From positions 12,579-76,578 of the forward strand of contig JANOAS010000115.1 of assembly GCA_031411255.1 (NCBI GenBank): a stretch of DNA of 64,000 nucleotides, written 5' to 3'. A program made the translations under genes and the position numbers. Position 1 is the stretch's first letter; each line of letters begins with the position of its first letter. Under the pieces are notes generated by a model. That model did no database searches. It was given only the letters and a program-made list of their open reading frames with translations, and was not told the DNA's origin. This DNA comes from a bacterium. GTDB lineage: Bacteria; Verrucomicrobiota; Verrucomicrobiia; Verrucomicrobiales; V1-33. Below are positions 18,164 to 27,309 of the stretch, piece by piece.

Positions 18164-19420
18164 TTACCTCACCTGGCCTGTGCCGCGGATGAGATATTTA
18201 TAGCTGGTCAGCTCGGGCAGGGCCATGGGGCCGCGGGCGTGGAGTTTGTCGGTGGAAATGCCGATCTCGGCGCCGAAGCCGAACTCCTCGCCGTCGTTGA
18301 AGCGGGTGGAGGCATTCCAGAAGACGCAGGCGCTGTCCACGGCGGCCATGAATTTCTCCGCCGCAGCGGGATCGCTGGTGATGATGCTGTCGCTGTGCTT
18401 GGAGCCGTGGGTGTTGATGTGGTTGATGGCCTCTTCCAGCGAGTTGACCGTCTTGACGGCGAGGATGAGGTCGAGGTACTCGGTGTCCCAGTCGGCCTCG
18501 GTGGCGGGGATGACGGCGTCGCCGAGGGCGGAGCGGACTGAGGGGTCGCCGCGGAGTTCGACGCCCTTGGCCATGAGGGCCGGGCCGGCGGTTGAGTAAA
18601 AGCGGGCGGCGATGTCGTGGTGGACGAGCAGGGTTTCGAGGGCGTTGCAGACGCCGGGTTTCTGGCACTTGGCGTTGATGGCGATCTCTCCGGCCATGAG
18701 GAGGTCGGCGTCCTTGTCGACGTAGACGTGGCAGATGCCGTCGTAGTGCTTGATGACGGGCATGCGGGCCATGCTGACGACGGCCTCGATGAGTCCCTTG
18801 CCGCCCCGGGGGATGATGAGGTCGAGGTATTTGTCCATGCCGCAGAGATGCTCCACGGCCTCGCGGTCGGTGGTGGCGATGAGCTGGACGCAGTTCGGCG
18901 GCATGCCGACGCGGCGGCCCCCGGCTTCGAGGGCGGCGGCGATGGCGATGTTGGAATGGATGGACTCCTTGCCGCCGCGCAGGATGGTGGCGTTGCCGCT
19001 TTTAAAGCAGAGACCTGCGGCGTCCGCAGTGACGTTCGGGCGGCTTTCGTAGATGATGCCGACGACGCCGATGGGGACGCGGATTTTGGTGATTTCGAGG
19101 CCGTTCGGGCGGGTCCACTGGCTGAGGACCTCGCCCACCGGGTCGGGCAGGGCGGCGACCTGGCGCAGGCCGTCGGCGATGGCGAGGAGGCGGCGCGGAT
19201 CGAGGGTCAGGCGGTCGATCATGGCCTTGGTGAGGCCGTTTTCCTCGGCAGCGGCCAGGTCTTTGGCGTTGGCGGAGAAAATGTCCGGCTGCCGTTCGAG
19301 AAGCTCGTCCGCCATGCTCTCCAGCACGCGGTTTTTCTGCTCTGTGGTCAGCTGGGCCAGGGCAAGGGCGGCCGCGCGGGCCTTGCGGCCCATGGTATGG
19401 ATGTCGTCGCGAAGGGACAT
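18164..19420 (-). CDS. proA: Glutamate-5-semialdehyde dehydrogenase
   Basis: GIIYESRPNVT, LIIPRGG, CNALETLL, NASTRFNDG.EFGFGAEIGIST.KLHARGP; start moved to MSLRDD. Confidence 0.97.
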   Translation of the reverse strand: MSLRDDIHTMGRKARAAALALAQLTTEQKNRVLESMADELLERQPDIFSANAKDLAAAEENGLTKAMIDRLTLDPRRLLAIADGLRQVAALPDPVGEVLSQWTRPNGLEITKIRVPIGVVGIIYESRPNVTADAAGLCFKSGNATILRGGKESIHSNIAIAAALEAGGRRVGMPPNCVQLIATTDREAVEHLCGMDKYLDLIIPRGGKGLIEAVVSMARMPVIKHYDGICHVYVDKDADLLMAGEIAINAKCQKPGVCNALETLLVHHDIAARFYSTAGPALMAKGVELRGDPSVRSALGDAVIPATEADWDTEYLDLILAVKTVNSLEEAINHINTHGSKHSDSIITSDPAAAEKFMAAVDSACVFWNASTRFNDGEEFGFGAEIGISTDKLHARGPMALPELTSYKYLIRGTGQVR

Positions 19421-19433
19421 GAGAAATGGGGGG

Positions 19434-20204
19434 TTAGCGGGAGCTTTTGGCGGAGAAACGGGTGCAGACCCCGCCACCGGCGGCCAGCTGGACCATCTGG
19501 AGCGGGTTGCGTCCGTTGGCGATGAGGGTTTCGATACCGGCTTCCACGGCGGTTTTGACAGCCTTGAGTTTCGTGGCCATGCCGCCAACGGAGAGGCGGC
19601 CTTTTTCGTCGCGCACGTGGCTGAGGACGGACTCGATGTCGTCCACCTGGCGGAGGACCTCGCCGTTGGCCTCCAGTCCGTCCACGGCGGTGAGGAGGAT
19701 GAGGAGGTCCGCCCTGGCGATGACGGCCACGCTGGCGGAGAGCTGGTCGTTGTCGCCCACCTTCAGCTCCTCCGTGGCCACGGAGTCGTTCTCATTGATG
19801 ATGGGGACGACGTTGGGGAAATCCTGAAGGCGGTTGAGCGTGTTCTCCAGATTGGCCCGGCGGGCGGGCTGGGCGAAGTCGTCGAAAGTGAGCAGGAGCT
19901 GGGCTACGAGGAGGCCGTGCTCGCGAAACATGCTCTCGTAGAGGCGCATGAGGCGCGTCTGGCCGACGGCGGCGCAGGCCTGGAGGGTGGCGGTGTCCGT
20001 GGGCCGGGTGGTCATGCCAAAGGCCATGGTCCCGGCAGCCACCGCGCCGCTTGAGACCACGATGACTTGGTGCCCCGCCGCGCGCAATCCGCTGATCGCG
20101 TGGACAAGGGTTTCAAATTGTTCAGTATCCAGCCCGACGCCCGAAGACTTCGTGAGGATGCCGCTGCCGAATTTAATGACGATGCGTCGTGATTTCTGTT
20201 GCAT
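19434..20204 (-). CDS. proB: Glutamate 5-kinase (short form, no PUA domain)
   Basis: IVIKFGS, VSSGAVAAG, PIINENDSV, GDNDQLSA, GGMATKLKA. Confidence 0.96.
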   Translation of the reverse strand: MQQKSRRIVIKFGSGILTKSSGVGLDTEQFETLVHAISGLRAAGHQVIVVSSGAVAAGTMAFGMTTRPTDTATLQACAAVGQTRLMRLYESMFREHGLLVAQLLLTFDDFAQPARRANLENTLNRLQDFPNVVPIINENDSVATEELKVGDNDQLSASVAVIARADLLILLTAVDGLEANGEVLRQVDDIESVLSHVRDEKGRLSVGGMATKLKAVKTAVEAGIETLIANGRNPLQMVQLAAGGGVCTRFSAKSSR

Positions 20205-20277
20205 GAATCGAGTGCCTACTATTTGTTGGCCACCCGCCGCTGTAAAGCGGTTGTTCCCGCCAGATGGCGGTTGTTTT

Positions 20278-20352
20278 GGTCTCGTAGCTCAACGGATAGA
20301 GCGCTGGCCTCCGAAGCCAGATGTGCAGGTTCGATTCCTGCCGGGACCACCA
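20278..20352 (+). tRNA. tRNA-Arg(CCG)
   Basis: GGTCTCG/CGGGACC acceptor stem, anticodon arm ctggc-ctCCGaa-gccag, GGTTCGATTCC T-arm, encoded CCA. Confidence 0.95.
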
Positions 20353-20481
20353 TTTTTCCCCCAGCATGGGCCGGAAATCAGGCCGGCACAGACGCCAAAA
20401 ACTGCGTACCGCAGCGGTGAAAATTCGGGGTGGGCGGACTGGTTGCAGCGCTCTTGTGGTGAGGGGATTGTGATGGCTGAT

Positions 20482-20517
20482 TTCGGGATAAACTTCGGGA
20501 TAAACTTCGGGATAAAA
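20482..20517. repeat. 12-bp tandem repeat (ttcgggataaac) x3
   Basis: Read directly; third copy ends in a instead of c. Confidence 0.9.
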
Positions 20518-20611
20518 CCGGGGTCGTGGTGGGGTGAAAAATCGGGAGGATGGAGTTCCGGGATTGATCATTGTGCGGCCGTGCTTCATGATGCGCCGCT
20601 TTCCGCCGTTT

Positions 20612-22186
20612 ATGAAGCAGGTCCGCATTTTTATCAGCAGTGTGCAAAAGGAGTTCGCCGTGGAGCGGGCGACTCTGCGCGATTATTTGCGAGGGGATGC
20701 GTTGATGATGAGATTTTTTGAGCCATTTCTGTTCGAGGATGTCCCGGCGGCGTCCCGCAGTGCGGACGAGGTTTATCTGAGGGAGGTGGAGCAGTGTGAT
20801 GTTTACATTGGGTTGTTTGGAGATGAGTACGGATTTGAGGGAAAAGGGGGCGTTTCGCCCACTGAGCGGGAGTTCAACCACGCCGGAGAGTTGGGAAAGC
20901 CGCGTTTGATTTATGTGAAGGGGCAGGATGACAAGGACAAGCACCCGAAGATGAAGGCACTGATCCGGCGTGCGGGGGAGGAACTGGTGCGCCGCCGGTT
21001 TGCTGATGCGGCGGGGCTGCTGACGGCGGTGTATGCGTCGCTGGTGGCGTGGCTGGGGGAGGAGAAAATGCTGATTCACGGCCCGTTTGACGCGGCTCCG
21101 TGCCAGGGGGCGGGGCTGAAGGATCTGGATGATGCGGGCATGAAGGCGTTTATCCGTGAGGCGCGGGCGTCGCGCGGCTTTCCGCTTCGGGAGTCGGCAA
21201 CGGGGAGGCAGTTGCTGACGCATTTGAACCTGCTGGACGGGGGCCGGCCGACCCACGCGGCGCTGCTCCTCTTTGGCCGGGATCCGCAGAAGTTCATGCC
21301 GGCGGCGGAGATCAAGTGCGCTCATTTTCACGGCACTGAGGTGGCGAAGCCCATTCCGTCCTACCACGTTTACCGGGGAACAGTGTTTGCGCAAGTGGAT
21401 CAGGCAGTGGATTTTGTCATGTCAAAGCTGGCCCTGCGGGTGGGGACAAGGGCGGCGGGGACGAAGGCTCCAGTGGCGTATGAAATCCCGCGCGAGGTGG
21501 TGGCGGAGGGCGTGGTCAACGCGGTGGCCCACAGGGACTATGCCAGCCATGGCAGCGTGCAGGTGATGCTGTTTTCCGACCGGCTGGAAATCTGGAACCC
21601 GGGTCGCCTGCCGAGCGCGCTCACGCTGGAGAGCCTGCGCCAGCCGCATCCGTCCATCCCGCACAATCCATTACTCGCCCAACCGCTCTATCTGACGCAG
21701 TATATCGAGCGCCTTGGGACGGGCATCGGGGACATGATTTTCCGGTGCCGGGAGGCGGGAGTGAGGGAGCCTGAGATGGGGATACGCAATGGGTTTGTGC
21801 TCACCATTTGGCGAATCAAGATTTCGGGAGAAATTGCGGGAGAAATTGCGGGAAAAACTTCGGGAAAAAACGCGGTGGAAATCTTGCCGGCAAATCTTGG
21901 TGAATTTGAGGAAAAAATCGTGAAAATAATCAAGGATAAGCCTGATGTAACGATTCCTGAGATGGCGCGGCGGTTGCGGCGGTCTGACCGGACGGTGGAG
22001 ACGCTGATCAACCGGCTGAAGGCGAAGGAGGTGATCGGCAGGGTGGGGCCGCGCAAGGGGGGCACTGGGAAATCCTGGGCTGAAGGGGTAAGCGGCCCCC
22101 TGCTGTTGGTCAGTTTTAGGGCTGATCCAAATGACGGCGTCTTACGTTCACGGTATTTGGCGCATGGTTTTTATGTTCAACCTTAA
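20612..22186 (+). CDS. DUF4062 domain + RecG-C/HATPase_c_4-like ATP-binding domain + C-terminal wHTH protein; probable frameshift near the 3' end
   Basis: RIFISSVQKEFAVER and CDVYIGLFG..YG..SPTEREF (DUF4062); EGVVNAVAHRDY, DRLEIWNPGRLP, IERLGTGI; HTH TIPEMARRL; start moved to MKQVRIF. Confidence 0.85.
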   Translation: MKQVRIFISSVQKEFAVERATLRDYLRGDALMMRFFEPFLFEDVPAASRSADEVYLREVEQCDVYIGLFGDEYGFEGKGGVSPTEREFNHAGELGKPRLIYVKGQDDKDKHPKMKALIRRAGEELVRRRFADAAGLLTAVYASLVAWLGEEKMLIHGPFDAAPCQGAGLKDLDDAGMKAFIREARASRGFPLRESATGRQLLTHLNLLDGGRPTHAALLLFGRDPQKFMPAAEIKCAHFHGTEVAKPIPSYHVYRGTVFAQVDQAVDFVMSKLALRVGTRAAGTKAPVAYEIPREVVAEGVVNAVAHRDYASHGSVQVMLFSDRLEIWNPGRLPSALTLESLRQPHPSIPHNPLLAQPLYLTQYIERLGTGIGDMIFRCREAGVREPEMGIRNGFVLTIWRIKISGEIAGEIAGKTSGKNAVEILPANLGEFEEKIVKIIKDKPDVTIPEMARRLRRSDRTVETLINRLKAKEVIGRVGPRKGGTGKSWAEGVSGPLLLVSFRADPNDGVLRSRYLAHGFYVQP

Positions 22187-22194
22187 TTGATCCG

Positions 22195-23586
22195 TTACAG
22201 CACCTGCCGGCGTTTTACGTTCATGTAGTTGGTGACGACGTCGGCGGTGAGGTCGGCGGCCTCGGGGAGGCTGAGGTGGACGTTTTGGCGGGCGAGGACG
22301 CGGGCGACTTCCTGGAGGTCGTGCCAGAGGAAGTGGCCGCCGAGATCGTCGTAGAGGTCGCTGGTGGAGGTGACGTCCGTGCGGCTGAAGAGCGGCCTGG
22401 CGGTGCCGGGGCGGATCATGTGGGCGACGACGAGGTGCTGTCGGGAAATGAGGTGGACGTGCTCGCAGAAGTTCTCGGCTTGGAGGGGGTCGCTGAGGTC
22501 TGTAAGGATGACGAGCAGAGAACGCCGGGTAAGCCGCTTGCGAATGAAGGTGAAGAGTTCCTCAAAGTTCGGGGCGACGATTTTTGGCTCCAGGGTGTAG
22601 AGGGAGTCCCGGCAGGTGTTGTAGTGCTGGGTGCCGTTGCCGGGGCGGAGAAAGCGGGTGACCTGGTCGGCGAAGGTGACGAGGCCGAAGTGGTCGCGCT
22701 GCTGCTCGGCGGCGAGGCCGAGGATGAGGGCGCTCTGGAGGGCTTTTTCCAGATGGGTGGTGATTTCAAATTCCCCTCCGGTGCCGTCCTCCACGACCCG
22801 GTCAGGGGTGGAGTCGTCGTCAGAAACGGGGATTTTGGTTTCGCGGGCGCTGAGGCGTGAGTAGTCGATCAGGACGCACACCTCACGGGTGCGCTCGATC
22901 TGGAAGGTCTTGGTGATGGGCTGGCCGCGGCGGGCGCTGGATTTCCAGTGGATGTCGCCATAGTCGTCCCCGGCGACGTACTCGCGCAGGTGGTCAAACT
23001 CGCGCCCCTTGCCGACCTGGCGCTGGGTGTGGAGGCCGGTGCCGTTGCGGTTGAGGAAGAGGGCGGCCAGGCGGCGGCGCTCGCGGCGGAGGTCCGGGTA
23101 GCAGCGGATTTCCAGGCTGACGGGGAGGCTGGAGCGCAGGGTCCAGAGGCCGAGGCGCGAGGGAGTTTCGACGTAGAGGCGGTCAAGGGTGTAGCGACCC
23201 CGCTTCAGGGCGGTGATGGCCCACGACTCGCGGACGGTGGATTCGCCCTTGGGGAAATCCACGACGAGCCACGGCAGCGCAGGGCGGAACTCCTGCGGAA
23301 AGGCCATGCCCAAGCGGAGGCGGGAGCAGGCGCGGCCCGGGCTGGTGATTTCCAGATCAAGGATGAAGTCGCGCCCCTTGGTCGCATGCACGACCGGCGG
23401 CACCGTGACGGCGAGGCTGCGCAGCCGGGAGCGGGAGCCCGCCCAGTCCGTGAGGGCGAGGCTGGCCATGACGGCGAGGAGCAGGAGGCAGGGGCCGGTG
23501 AGGTCGGCATACAGCCCCGCGAGGGTGGCGACCGGCACGACGAGCAGTGCGGTCAGCCAGAGCAGGCGGGGGGAGGGGGCGGACAT
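22195..23586 (-). CDS. DUF58 domain protein (MoxR partner)
   Basis: GREFDHLREYVAGDD..IHWKSSAR; adjacent to MoxR. Confidence 0.9.
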   Translation of the reverse strand: MSAPSPRLLWLTALLVVPVATLAGLYADLTGPCLLLLAVMASLALTDWAGSRSRLRSLAVTVPPVVHATKGRDFILDLEITSPGRACSRLRLGMAFPQEFRPALPWLVVDFPKGESTVRESWAITALKRGRYTLDRLYVETPSRLGLWTLRSSLPVSLEIRCYPDLRRERRRLAALFLNRNGTGLHTQRQVGKGREFDHLREYVAGDDYGDIHWKSSARRGQPITKTFQIERTREVCVLIDYSRLSARETKIPVSDDDSTPDRVVEDGTGGEFEITTHLEKALQSALILGLAAEQQRDHFGLVTFADQVTRFLRPGNGTQHYNTCRDSLYTLEPKIVAPNFEELFTFIRKRLTRRSLLVILTDLSDPLQAENFCEHVHLISRQHLVVAHMIRPGTARPLFSRTDVTSTSDLYDDLGGHFLWHDLQEVARVLARQNVHLSLPEAADLTADVVTNYMNVKRRQVL

Positions 23587-23599
23587 GGTGCGCGGGGGC

Positions 23600-24565
23600 T
23601 TACCGAGGCACGGGCACCTTGTCGAGCAGCTTGCGGATGGCCTCCGTGACGGTCAGGCCTTCGATTTCGTACTCCGGCCGCAGCTGGAGCCGGTGGCTGA
23701 GCACGGGGTGGATCATGGTGCGGACGTCGTCAGGGGTGACGAAATCCCGCCCCTCGAGCGCGGCAAGGGCCCGGCTGGAAAGGAGCAGCGCCTGGGTGGC
23801 ACGCGGGCCGGCTCCGGTGAGGATCTGCTCACTGGCGCGTGTCTGCCGCACCAGATCGACGACGTAGGCAGTGATCTCGTCCTTCACGAAAATGCCGGAC
23901 AGGGCCTGCTTCAGCAGCTCCAGGTGGCCCGGGCCGAGCATCGGCTGGACCACGCCGCGATCCAGCAGCGCCTCGGGTGAATCGGCCCCCAGCATTTGCC
24001 CAGCCAGGCGGAGTTCGTCCTCCCGGTTTGGGTATTCGACGTTCACCTTCATCAGGAAACGGTCCTTCTGCGCCTCGGGCAGCGGGTAGGTGCCCTCGTA
24101 TTCGATCGGGTTCTGCGTGGCGAAGACGGTGAAATTGGGGGGCAGCACGTGGGTTTCCCGGTCGATGGTCACCGTGCGTTCCTGCATCGCCTGAAGGAGG
24201 GCGGACTGGGTTTTGGCCGGGGCGCGGTTGATTTCATCTGCCAGCAGGAACGAGGTGAAGACCGGCCCCCGGACGAGGGAAAAGGTGGAATCCTTGATGC
24301 TGAAAATATTTGTCCCCGTGATGTCCGCCGGCATGAGATCCGGGGTGAACTGGATGCGGGCGAAGTCACACCCCAGCACCCGGCCCAGGGTGCGGACAAG
24401 GAGGGTCTTGGCCACTCCCGGCACGCCCTCCAGCAGGATGTGGTTGCCGGTGAAAATGGCGATCAGGCACTGGTCCACCACCTGGCGCTGGCCGATGATG
24501 ACGCGGCTCACCTCCGCCCGGGCGCGGGCGAGGGCTTCTTTGAGATGGGAGACGTATTCAGACAT
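23600..24565 (-). CDS. MoxR-family AAA+ ATPase
   Basis: LLEGVPGVAKT, RIQFTPDLMPAD, LADEINRAPAKTQSALL, ATQNPIEYEGTYPLPEAQ.DRF. Confidence 0.95.
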   Translation of the reverse strand: MSEYVSHLKEALARARAEVSRVIIGQRQVVDQCLIAIFTGNHILLEGVPGVAKTLLVRTLGRVLGCDFARIQFTPDLMPADITGTNIFSIKDSTFSLVRGPVFTSFLLADEINRAPAKTQSALLQAMQERTVTIDRETHVLPPNFTVFATQNPIEYEGTYPLPEAQKDRFLMKVNVEYPNREDELRLAGQMLGADSPEALLDRGVVQPMLGPGHLELLKQALSGIFVKDEITAYVVDLVRQTRASEQILTGAGPRATQALLLSSRALAALEGRDFVTPDDVRTMIHPVLSHRLQLRPEYEIEGLTVTEAIRKLLDKVPVPR

Positions 24566-24769
24566 GGGAGAAAAAGTGAATGGGCTGCGGGTGTGGCGCA
24601 TTTAGGCCGGGGCTGGGACACATTGCAAGCAGGCTTGTGGGTTCGGTGGCCGGGTGGTGGGGAAAATGCCTGGCCGGTTTTGAAATTGGCACGGGGTGTG
24701 TTTTTTCTTTCCTTCTGCTCCGGGCGGGGGAAGATCAGCCGTCACGACACCAACCCCGAATCCACCCAC

Positions 24770-26038
24770 ATGAATGCGCGCCTGATTTCGTCTCTTTTTT
24801 TCACCCTGGCCACGCTGACGGCACTGCCGGCGGCGGACTGGTCGAGATTCCGCGGCCCTGAGGGAACGGGTGTGGATGAACTGGCGGGGCTGCCGGCGAA
24901 TTTTACAGACAAGGATTTTGCCTGGACGGCGAAGCTGCCGGGGCGGGGGCATTCCTCGCCCGTGGCATGGGGGGATGAGGTGATCACGACGGCGGAGGAC
25001 GCGGCAAAGCCGGGAGTACGCTATGTCATCGCCTTCAGCGCAGCGTCGGGGAAGGAACTGTGGCGGTATGAGGACAAGTTCACGGTTTACCCGCAGCACA
25101 AGCTGAACTCGTATGCTGCGTCATCGCCGGCAGTGGATGCGAAGGGCGTCTATGTGACCTGGCTGGCAAAGCAGGACGAGCGGCACGTGCTGGCGCTGGA
25201 CCACAAGGGGAAGAAGCTGTGGGAAAAAAGTCTCGGCTTTTTCAAGGAGGAGCACGGGGGCTCGGCCTCGCCGGTGCTGGCGGGGGAGCTGCTGATCGTG
25301 CCGAACGACCATTCGGAGAAAAAGGATGCCGGGATTTATGCGCTGGACCCGAAGAATGGCGCGGTGAAGTGGAAGTGCGACACGGGGGCCACGGCGCGCT
25401 CTTCGTTCAGCACGCCGCTGGTGATCGAGGTGGACGGGAAGAAGCAGATCGTGGTGGCGAGCAATCCGGTGGCGTTGATGGGGATAGATCCCGCAACGGG
25501 CAAAAAGCTCTGGGAGGTGGAGCACAATGTGAATGGATCGAGGTCCGTGGGCTCGCCAGTCTGGGTGGACGGGCTAATCTTTGCCTCGGTGGGGCAGGGA
25601 GGGAACGGCCAGGGGAGCGTGGCGGTGAAGCCGGGCTCGGCGGACGGAAAGCGGAAGGCGGAGACGGTCTACAGCCCGTCTTCAAAAATTCCGTACGTGC
25701 CGACGCCGGTGGCGGTGGGGAAGCGCCTCTTTTTGCTCAAGGACGGCGGGCTGCTGAGCTGCATGAATGCGGCCAATGGCGAGGTGCTCTGGGATGAACG
25801 CGTGACCACTCCGGTCTACAGCTCGCCGGTGTGCGTCGGGGGGCGCATTATTTGCCTGAGCCGGACGGGAGAGGTGGCCACGGTGGCGGCGGATGATAAG
25901 TTCACGCTGCTGGGCAAGTCTACGCTGAATGAGGAATGCCAGGCCACGCCTGTCGTGGCGGGAGGAAAACTGATTTTCCGCACAGCGACGCGGCTGATCG
26001 CACTGGCGCCGGGACCGGGAACCGAGGTGAAGCCCTGA
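24770..26038 (+). CDS. Secreted PQQ-binding-like beta-propeller (BamB-like) protein
   Basis: Signal peptide, DWSRFRGP, LPGRGHSSP, repeated D..TGK.LW motifs; start moved to MNARLI. Confidence 0.88.
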   Translation: MNARLISSLFFTLATLTALPAADWSRFRGPEGTGVDELAGLPANFTDKDFAWTAKLPGRGHSSPVAWGDEVITTAEDAAKPGVRYVIAFSAASGKELWRYEDKFTVYPQHKLNSYAASSPAVDAKGVYVTWLAKQDERHVLALDHKGKKLWEKSLGFFKEEHGGSASPVLAGELLIVPNDHSEKKDAGIYALDPKNGAVKWKCDTGATARSSFSTPLVIEVDGKKQIVVASNPVALMGIDPATGKKLWEVEHNVNGSRSVGSPVWVDGLIFASVGQGGNGQGSVAVKPGSADGKRKAETVYSPSSKIPYVPTPVAVGKRLFLLKDGGLLSCMNAANGEVLWDERVTTPVYSSPVCVGGRIICLSRTGEVATVAADDKFTLLGKSTLNEECQATPVVAGGKLIFRTATRLIALAPGPGTEVKP

Positions 26039-26042
26039 CACC

Positions 26043-26076
26043 AAAAAGGGCCGCGCCCGGTGAGGACGCGGCCCTT
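26043..26076 (-). terminator. Intrinsic terminator between convergent genes
   Basis: aaaaa-gggccgcg...cgcggccc hairpin; U-tract on the minus strand. Confidence 0.7.
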
Positions 26077-26091
26077 GGGGTTTGAAAGGAA

Positions 26092-27087
26092 TCAGGCTTT
26101 CAGGTAGGGGGAGCCGGGCTGGGTCATCTCGCTGTAGATCCAGTCGTAGGTCTTCTTCATGCCGTCGCGCAGGCGGATGGAGGGTTCCCAGCCAAAGTTT
26201 TTCTGGATGAGTGTGTTGTCGGAGTTGCGGCCGTTGACGCCCTTGGGTGCGCCGAGGTTGTAATTCCGGTTCAGTTTGATGCCGGCGATGTCCTCGACGA
26301 GGTCAACGAGGCCGTTGATGGTGACGAGTTCGCTGGAGCCGAGGTTGAGCGGCTCGATGATGTCGTTTTCCAGAAACATGACGCAGCCCTTGAGGCAGTC
26401 GTCGATGTACATGAAGGAACGGGTCTGGTTGCCGTCGCCCCAGATTTCGATGTCGTGCTTGCCGCTGAGCTTGGCGGCGATGACTTTGCGGCAGACGGCA
26501 GCGGGGGCTTTCTCACGGCCACCCTCCCAGGTGCCGTAGGGGCCGTAAACGTTGTGGAAGCGGGCGACGCGCGTCTGGACGCCGTAGTCCTCGCGGAAGT
26601 GGCGGCACATGCGCTCGGAAAAGAGTTTTTCCCAGCCGTAGCCGTCCTCGGGAAGGGCAGGGTAGGCGTCTTCCTCTTTGAGGGCGACGACGTCGGCGTT
26701 GGTCTGCTTGTCGCCATTGTAGACGCAGGCGGAGGAGGCGTAAAAGAAGCGCTCGACCCCGGCATCCTTGGCGGCCATGAGCATGTGGGTGTTGATGAGG
26801 ACGCTCAGCATGCAGAGCGCCTTGTTGTTCTCGATGAAGCCCATGCCTCCCATGTCGGCGGCCAGGTTGTAGACGTGCTTGACGCCCTGGACAGCGGTGA
26901 CGCAATGTTCGCGGTAGTCCAGGTCCATGACGAGGTTTTCCACCCCGTCGTGAACTTGATACCACTCATCCATGGGCTTCCGATCCACGGAACGGATCTT
27001 TTTGTAGCCCAATTCCTTAAGATGGCGAATGAGGTGGCCTCCAATGAAGCCGCCGCCTCCTGTCACAACTACTGATTCTCTTTGCAT
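26092..27087 (-). CDS. NAD-dependent epimerase, GDP-mannose 3,5-epimerase-like
   Basis: TGGGGFIG, LAADMGGMGFI, SSACVY, YGWEK, GGREKAPAA. Confidence 0.88.
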   Translation of the reverse strand: MQRESVVVTGGGGFIGGHLIRHLKELGYKKIRSVDRKPMDEWYQVHDGVENLVMDLDYREHCVTAVQGVKHVYNLAADMGGMGFIENNKALCMLSVLINTHMLMAAKDAGVERFFYASSACVYNGDKQTNADVVALKEEDAYPALPEDGYGWEKLFSERMCRHFREDYGVQTRVARFHNVYGPYGTWEGGREKAPAAVCRKVIAAKLSGKHDIEIWGDGNQTRSFMYIDDCLKGCVMFLENDIIEPLNLGSSELVTINGLVDLVEDIAGIKLNRNYNLGAPKGVNGRNSDNTLIQKNFGWEPSIRLRDGMKKTYDWIYSEMTQPGSPYLKA

Positions 27088-27309
27088 GGTTTTCTTGATA
27101 ATTCGGAGGGAGTTTACGGAAAGTTAAAGGAAAAAGCGAGTTGAATTTATGGTTTTTCTGTTTTTTACGCCAAATTTAGCGCTGATCGGGGAAAGGAGGG
27201 CTTCCTGTAGCTGATTTCGGGCGCGGTAGCAACGAGGAATCTGCCGGGAGAAGTGTTTGCCGAAACGGCCAGGAGGGGGAATGGTGTGGCGGCAGAAGCC
27301 CTGACGACG

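Noticed and set aside
19434..20204. Truncated proB pseudogene
   Set aside because: PUA-less glutamate 5-kinases are a known natural form; the kinase motifs are intact and proA follows closely.
20482..20517. CRISPR array
   Set aside because: Contiguous 12-bp units with no spacers and no cas genes.
20278..22195. Integrative element or prophage at tRNA-Arg
   Set aside because: No integrase, and I found no duplicated tRNA 3' end by eye; only one accessory gene is present.
23996..24769. N-terminal extension of the 680-aa ORF (and similar extensions at 5892-6230, 29657-30022, 56636-56911, 62490-63188)
   Set aside because: They overlap neighbouring genes; downstream ATGs give clean signal peptides or family N-termini.
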